Assembly (NCBI GenBank): GCA_950097015.1
Contig: CATNEN010000038.1
Location: 8,990,001-9,054,000 of the forward strand
DNA: 64,000 nt
Origin: Macrostomum hystrix
Taxonomy: Eukaryota; Animalia; Platyhelminthes
Direction of reading: 5' to 3'
The notes under the pieces were generated by a model. It worked only from the letters and a program-made list of their open reading frames with translations. It had not been told where the DNA came from and searched no databases. The translations under genes and the position numbers were made by a program. Shown here in pieces: positions 60,097-64,000 of this stretch (positions are counted from its first letter, which is position 1; every line of letters starts with the position of its first letter).

Positions 60097-61469
60097 ATGA
60101 CTCTCAGTCTGATTGAAGCTGTAAAGAACAGCAATTTGGATTGCCTGCTGAGACAGATTGGCGCCTATACAATTGCCACCAATATTGAAAGTGATGGCCA
60201 CTGGCTAATCTATTTGTCAAATGGTGACAATGTGCTGCTTGCAGATCTTGGTGACAAAGAGATTGACGAACTGCAAAATAAGCTGGGGCTCAACAATAGA
60301 CAGGGTGTTGTCAATCTCATTGGGTAAGTTGCATTTTAAATGTCAATTCTTGTTTCCTGTCTTTTTAGATTTTGCTAATATAGCTTTTAAATATATTCGA
60401 AGTCTACATTTTTGTAGCTATTATTCATAGTCAATTTTTTGAATTGAAAAAATGCTTAATTTTAAAAGTTGCAATTGATATTATGAGGAGACTGGAATGT
60501 GATCATATCATAAATTAAAAGTAACTTTAATTTAAATGTGAAAATGTATTATACTGAAAATTTTGATTAAATAATATTTTTTAATAACTCTTATTTAATT
60601 AAAAATACATTTGGCAAATTCATTCTACAATCTAAGTGTTAATTTATGACAAGGAATTATAATACACTTTTGCGTGCAACTTCTAACAATTAGACCAGTT
60701 GCATAGCTAACAGCACAGCCACAGCTGTTGCGCTGTGCATATGAAGGCTGCATACAACAGTTCAGTTAATGGACTGGGGGAAAGCCACTTCCATCCTGAA
60801 CTACCCCAGCTAATGCTAATGCCCATTTTTCAGCTGGTTAAACTGAAGCGATGCAGAGTAAGGTTTTCTTGGTAAAAGGTTACATTGTTCCAGTTGAGTC
60901 GCATATCGAACCCCTGACCCTTAAGTTGTAAGTCCCATACTCTAACAACAGAGTTGATTGCATGTTAGTTAATAAAAAGTAAAACAACTTCCTGTAAACG
61001 ACTCGGCTTTTTTAGAGCGGCCCTGCGAAATCTTCAACAGCCGCCAACATCGGCCGGCGCCCCGCTGACTCTGCCCGTAGCCGATGCTCAGATCACGCTG
61101 TCACCGCCAGCTGATCTGGCCGCAGCCAGGCGCCGCATTTTTGGCCTGCTGTCTGGCCGGGCCCAGGACCTGGCCGGCCAGTTGGAGGCAAGCCGGCGAG
61201 ACCTGGAGCTGGCCAGATCCAACGACTCGGCTGCGACATCGGCGCTCGGCCTCGCGAAGCGTCTGGGCGTTGCGGCAGGCGGCGGCGCTGGAGCCGGTGG
61301 CAAGCGGGCAGTTCGTACTGCCCTGCCCGGCATGAGTCTGCTCAACCCGATGCAGCGCAAGCGACCGGTTGCTAGGGGAGTTGTGTACGATGACGAAGAT
61401 GAAGAGCAAGAAGAGGATAAGAAGAAAGATGCTGCTTCTGCTGAGAAGCCGAAGAAGAGAAAGAGCTAG
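60097..61469 (+). CDS. PAXX: PAXX-like non-homologous end-joining factor (XRCC4/XLF superfamily), 2 exons, 226 aa
   Basis: Exons 60097-60323 and 61016-61469 (phase 2, 681 nt). N-terminal beta-rich head (HWLIYLSNGDNVLLADL), short coiled coil (AQDLAGQLEASRRDLELAR), low-complexity linker, and C-terminal PGMSLLNPMQRKRPVARGVVYDD, which resembles the human PAXX Ku-binding tail PGESLINPGFKSKKPAGGVDFDE. Confidence 0.72.
60727..60950 (-). mobile_element. SINE family B copy in the PAXX-like intron
   Basis: Reverse-complement match to 4297-4530 (TCGAACCCC, TTGTTCCAG, ACTGAAGCGATGCAGAGT, CCCAGCTAATGCT, TGAAGGCTGC). Confidence 0.7.
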
Positions 61470-64000
61470 AGCTAAATATTTTACTCGGATAGAAATTATG
61501 CAAGCAAAGCTGATCTTGCGGTTTGATTAATTAGTTTGCTTAGTGTTTTTTGTTCTTTGTACTGTAGTGATTTTCAAGGCAGCAAAGTACTGTATTTCGT
61601 TTTTATGTAATTTTAAGACCAAAAGGAAGTTTTCTAAGCTGTGCGCTTATAAAATTTAACACAGTTGCTTTTAATCAAGTCTTAAAAAGGCCTTTTAATT
61701 TTCATTTATTCATTGTCTTCAAATTATTCTTATTTAAATGTAATTACAGTGTAAATAAGTATATGTATATGAGTTGGGCTAATGTACAATTATAGTAACT
61801 TGTTGGTAATTGTATTTTTCATCAAAAGTGTTTCAAACCTGAGCCTAGAGAGGTGTACGATAACTGATGCTTAGCTCTGAAGACGCTATGTGTATATACA
61901 AACGCATTTTCACTTGCTGTAGCCCTTATCACCTTTACTAAATATCGAGCTAAAAAGTGAATTCGTCAATTTCAGTAGCTTCCTTTTCTACTATTCTTTG
62001 AATTCAAAGTACAAATAAAGATGATCTATACTTATCTCTAGATTATATTCAGCTATCTCGTTATAAATTTCGAGAAAAGTTCTACATGTGCCATCTAGTT
62101 TTTGCGTCCTTTTATTGTCTCCAACCGTTCAGAAAAATTTTAGAGAAGAAACTCCTAAATTTAACGGATAACAATGTGAGCTGCCTGCATACAGTGCATT
62201 AGCAACAATGATTCCCTCCTGACCAACCTTATTTACTTCTATTTTGTTTATTAGCAAACTATTCGACTACTCTTTCGGTATACATTTTATAGCAGTCAAG
62301 GACAGTTTAAGTAGTTGTAATATATAAAATATGTAACGTAACTTATGTTCGCCTTGACAGTTGTATGAGGACGCAGTGGGATACGAAGAATGGGATATAT
62401 ATTAACTACATGTAGCCAACCAAATGACTAATCAGTCCACGTAGTGTATGTATCTGTGGATATGCACCATTCACCATTATTAAAAAAAATGCAGTGGCTG
62501 CTAATGTGAAAGAAAGAATTGCCAAACCCTACTTTGAGCAATCGCCTAGTTTATCGATCTTTGAATAAAAACGTTTGTGTCGATCTTTTGCCGTAGACGT
62601 TCATATTTTGCCGTGTTTTTAACTGAACACGTGCATCAATACGGACATTCATTTCCTGGAAATATTTTAGACTATGTTTAAAATATTTAATCGAGTCGCC
62701 GAGATGTAATAGCTATTTTCATATGCTTGAGCTAAGTACCACACTAACAAGGTACCAAAACTCCCTGAAAGTTGAATAGTTATATTTGAAATAAATTGCT
62801 TATTCATTCGACAGACAACATAGTATGTGTTGCAATAATATTCTAATCTAGTTGTACGAACCAAATTTTATGTTTTATTGCCAAGCCTAAGTTTTCCATT
62901 GGCATTACTCTAGAGTCTAGCTATCATTGATTCATTCCATTAGTGCAGGCATTGTAACTAAGTAACAAATAAAAGAATAGCTACTTAGCTAGCCTATCTT
63001 TGCTTAGGGTAATGTATCATCAACCAAACAAGAATGTGTATTTTTTTAACTTCAAACCTAAGCTACAAATTTTCTATTTAAGATATGATGATAAATCAAA
63101 AGCCAAGTTATAGAAAACAGTTACATCTTTTTAAAAAGTATCTGCTTTTGCTATTTTATCAAATAGAAAAAAGTTATTCCTGCTTTTTATCTAAAACCAA
63201 ACAATGATTTTCATGTATCTTCAAACCAAACAGAGAATTAGATGTTTGGTTTTACAATTTGAGTGAGTGGTTTAATCTTATTTTAAGGAGTGAACTATCA
63301 TGAATTATGTAATTTGAAAGCTTTTTTCATGCTCTATAAATAACTACATTTATGGTCATTTAATTGGCAAGCAACCACATACAATCTTCGTCTAAAGTAA
63401 ATACTGAAAAAATGTTGTTAAAAAGTATGCTTTTGCAATAAAAATTTCTACTGAAACATCAATATCTTTCTTTCCTCTTAATGCTTCATTGCAAATCATG
63501 TCTCAGCTTGTAGATAATTTCTTCAACTTTCAAATTAGTTGTTCTATGAAACACAATAGCTTGTTTCTGTCTTGCACGAGACCAAGGAAGAAGTCAAAAT
63601 TCTTGTTCGGTTTTGAAGATACACTGTTCGGTTGATGATACATTACCCTACAACTACAAAAATTATTTTAGCCTTGTATACATTGTGCACCCACTTTTTG
63701 GGTTTTGTGGTCATTCACAATCACAATTGTGTAGTTTTCAGCCAAACAAGCTATAGTTAGGCCTATTACAATTACAACTTATTAGTAACAACTATTTTTA
63801 GGAAAAAGTTTATTTGGACTACAACACACATCACATCATAGACACAAGACATAGGTCATAGACTTAACATAACATAAACATACATATGTTTGTAACATAG
63901 ACATAGACATAAACATAAGCCAGTTTTATAAATTTGATAGTAGGCCTATTTTACAAGATTATGAGTAGGCCTAGGCTGTATCATGTTGCATGGTATGGCA

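Overview
Eukaryotic (animal) genomic DNA with GC-rich exons, GT-AG introns, an AT-rich background and a very high density of unrelated minisatellites. This style resembles a free-living flatworm such as Macrostomum (inference only). Most long ORFs in the track are repeat artefacts. Manual splicing gives six frame-consistent genes: a 14-exon SLC4 Na+-coupled bicarbonate transporter (+, 3414-24284, 1265 aa); a 4-exon secreted PAN-like plus ALK/LTK glycine-rich-domain protein with no TM or kinase (+, 28180-30004); a neurogenin-type bHLH (-, 31282-~32225); two tandem SCAMP paralogs (-, 44048-47504 and 50396-57699); and a PAXX-like NHEJ factor (+, 60097-61469). There are also two tRNA-derived SINE families, a TIR MITE, paralogous non-coding blocks and about 30 tandem arrays. 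The most notable patterns are (1) intronic minisatellites built from the intron's own splice signals, giving ladders of in-frame alternative donors or acceptors, and (2) the SCAMP duplication, which records minisatellites arising or being re-homogenised independently at paralogous positions.
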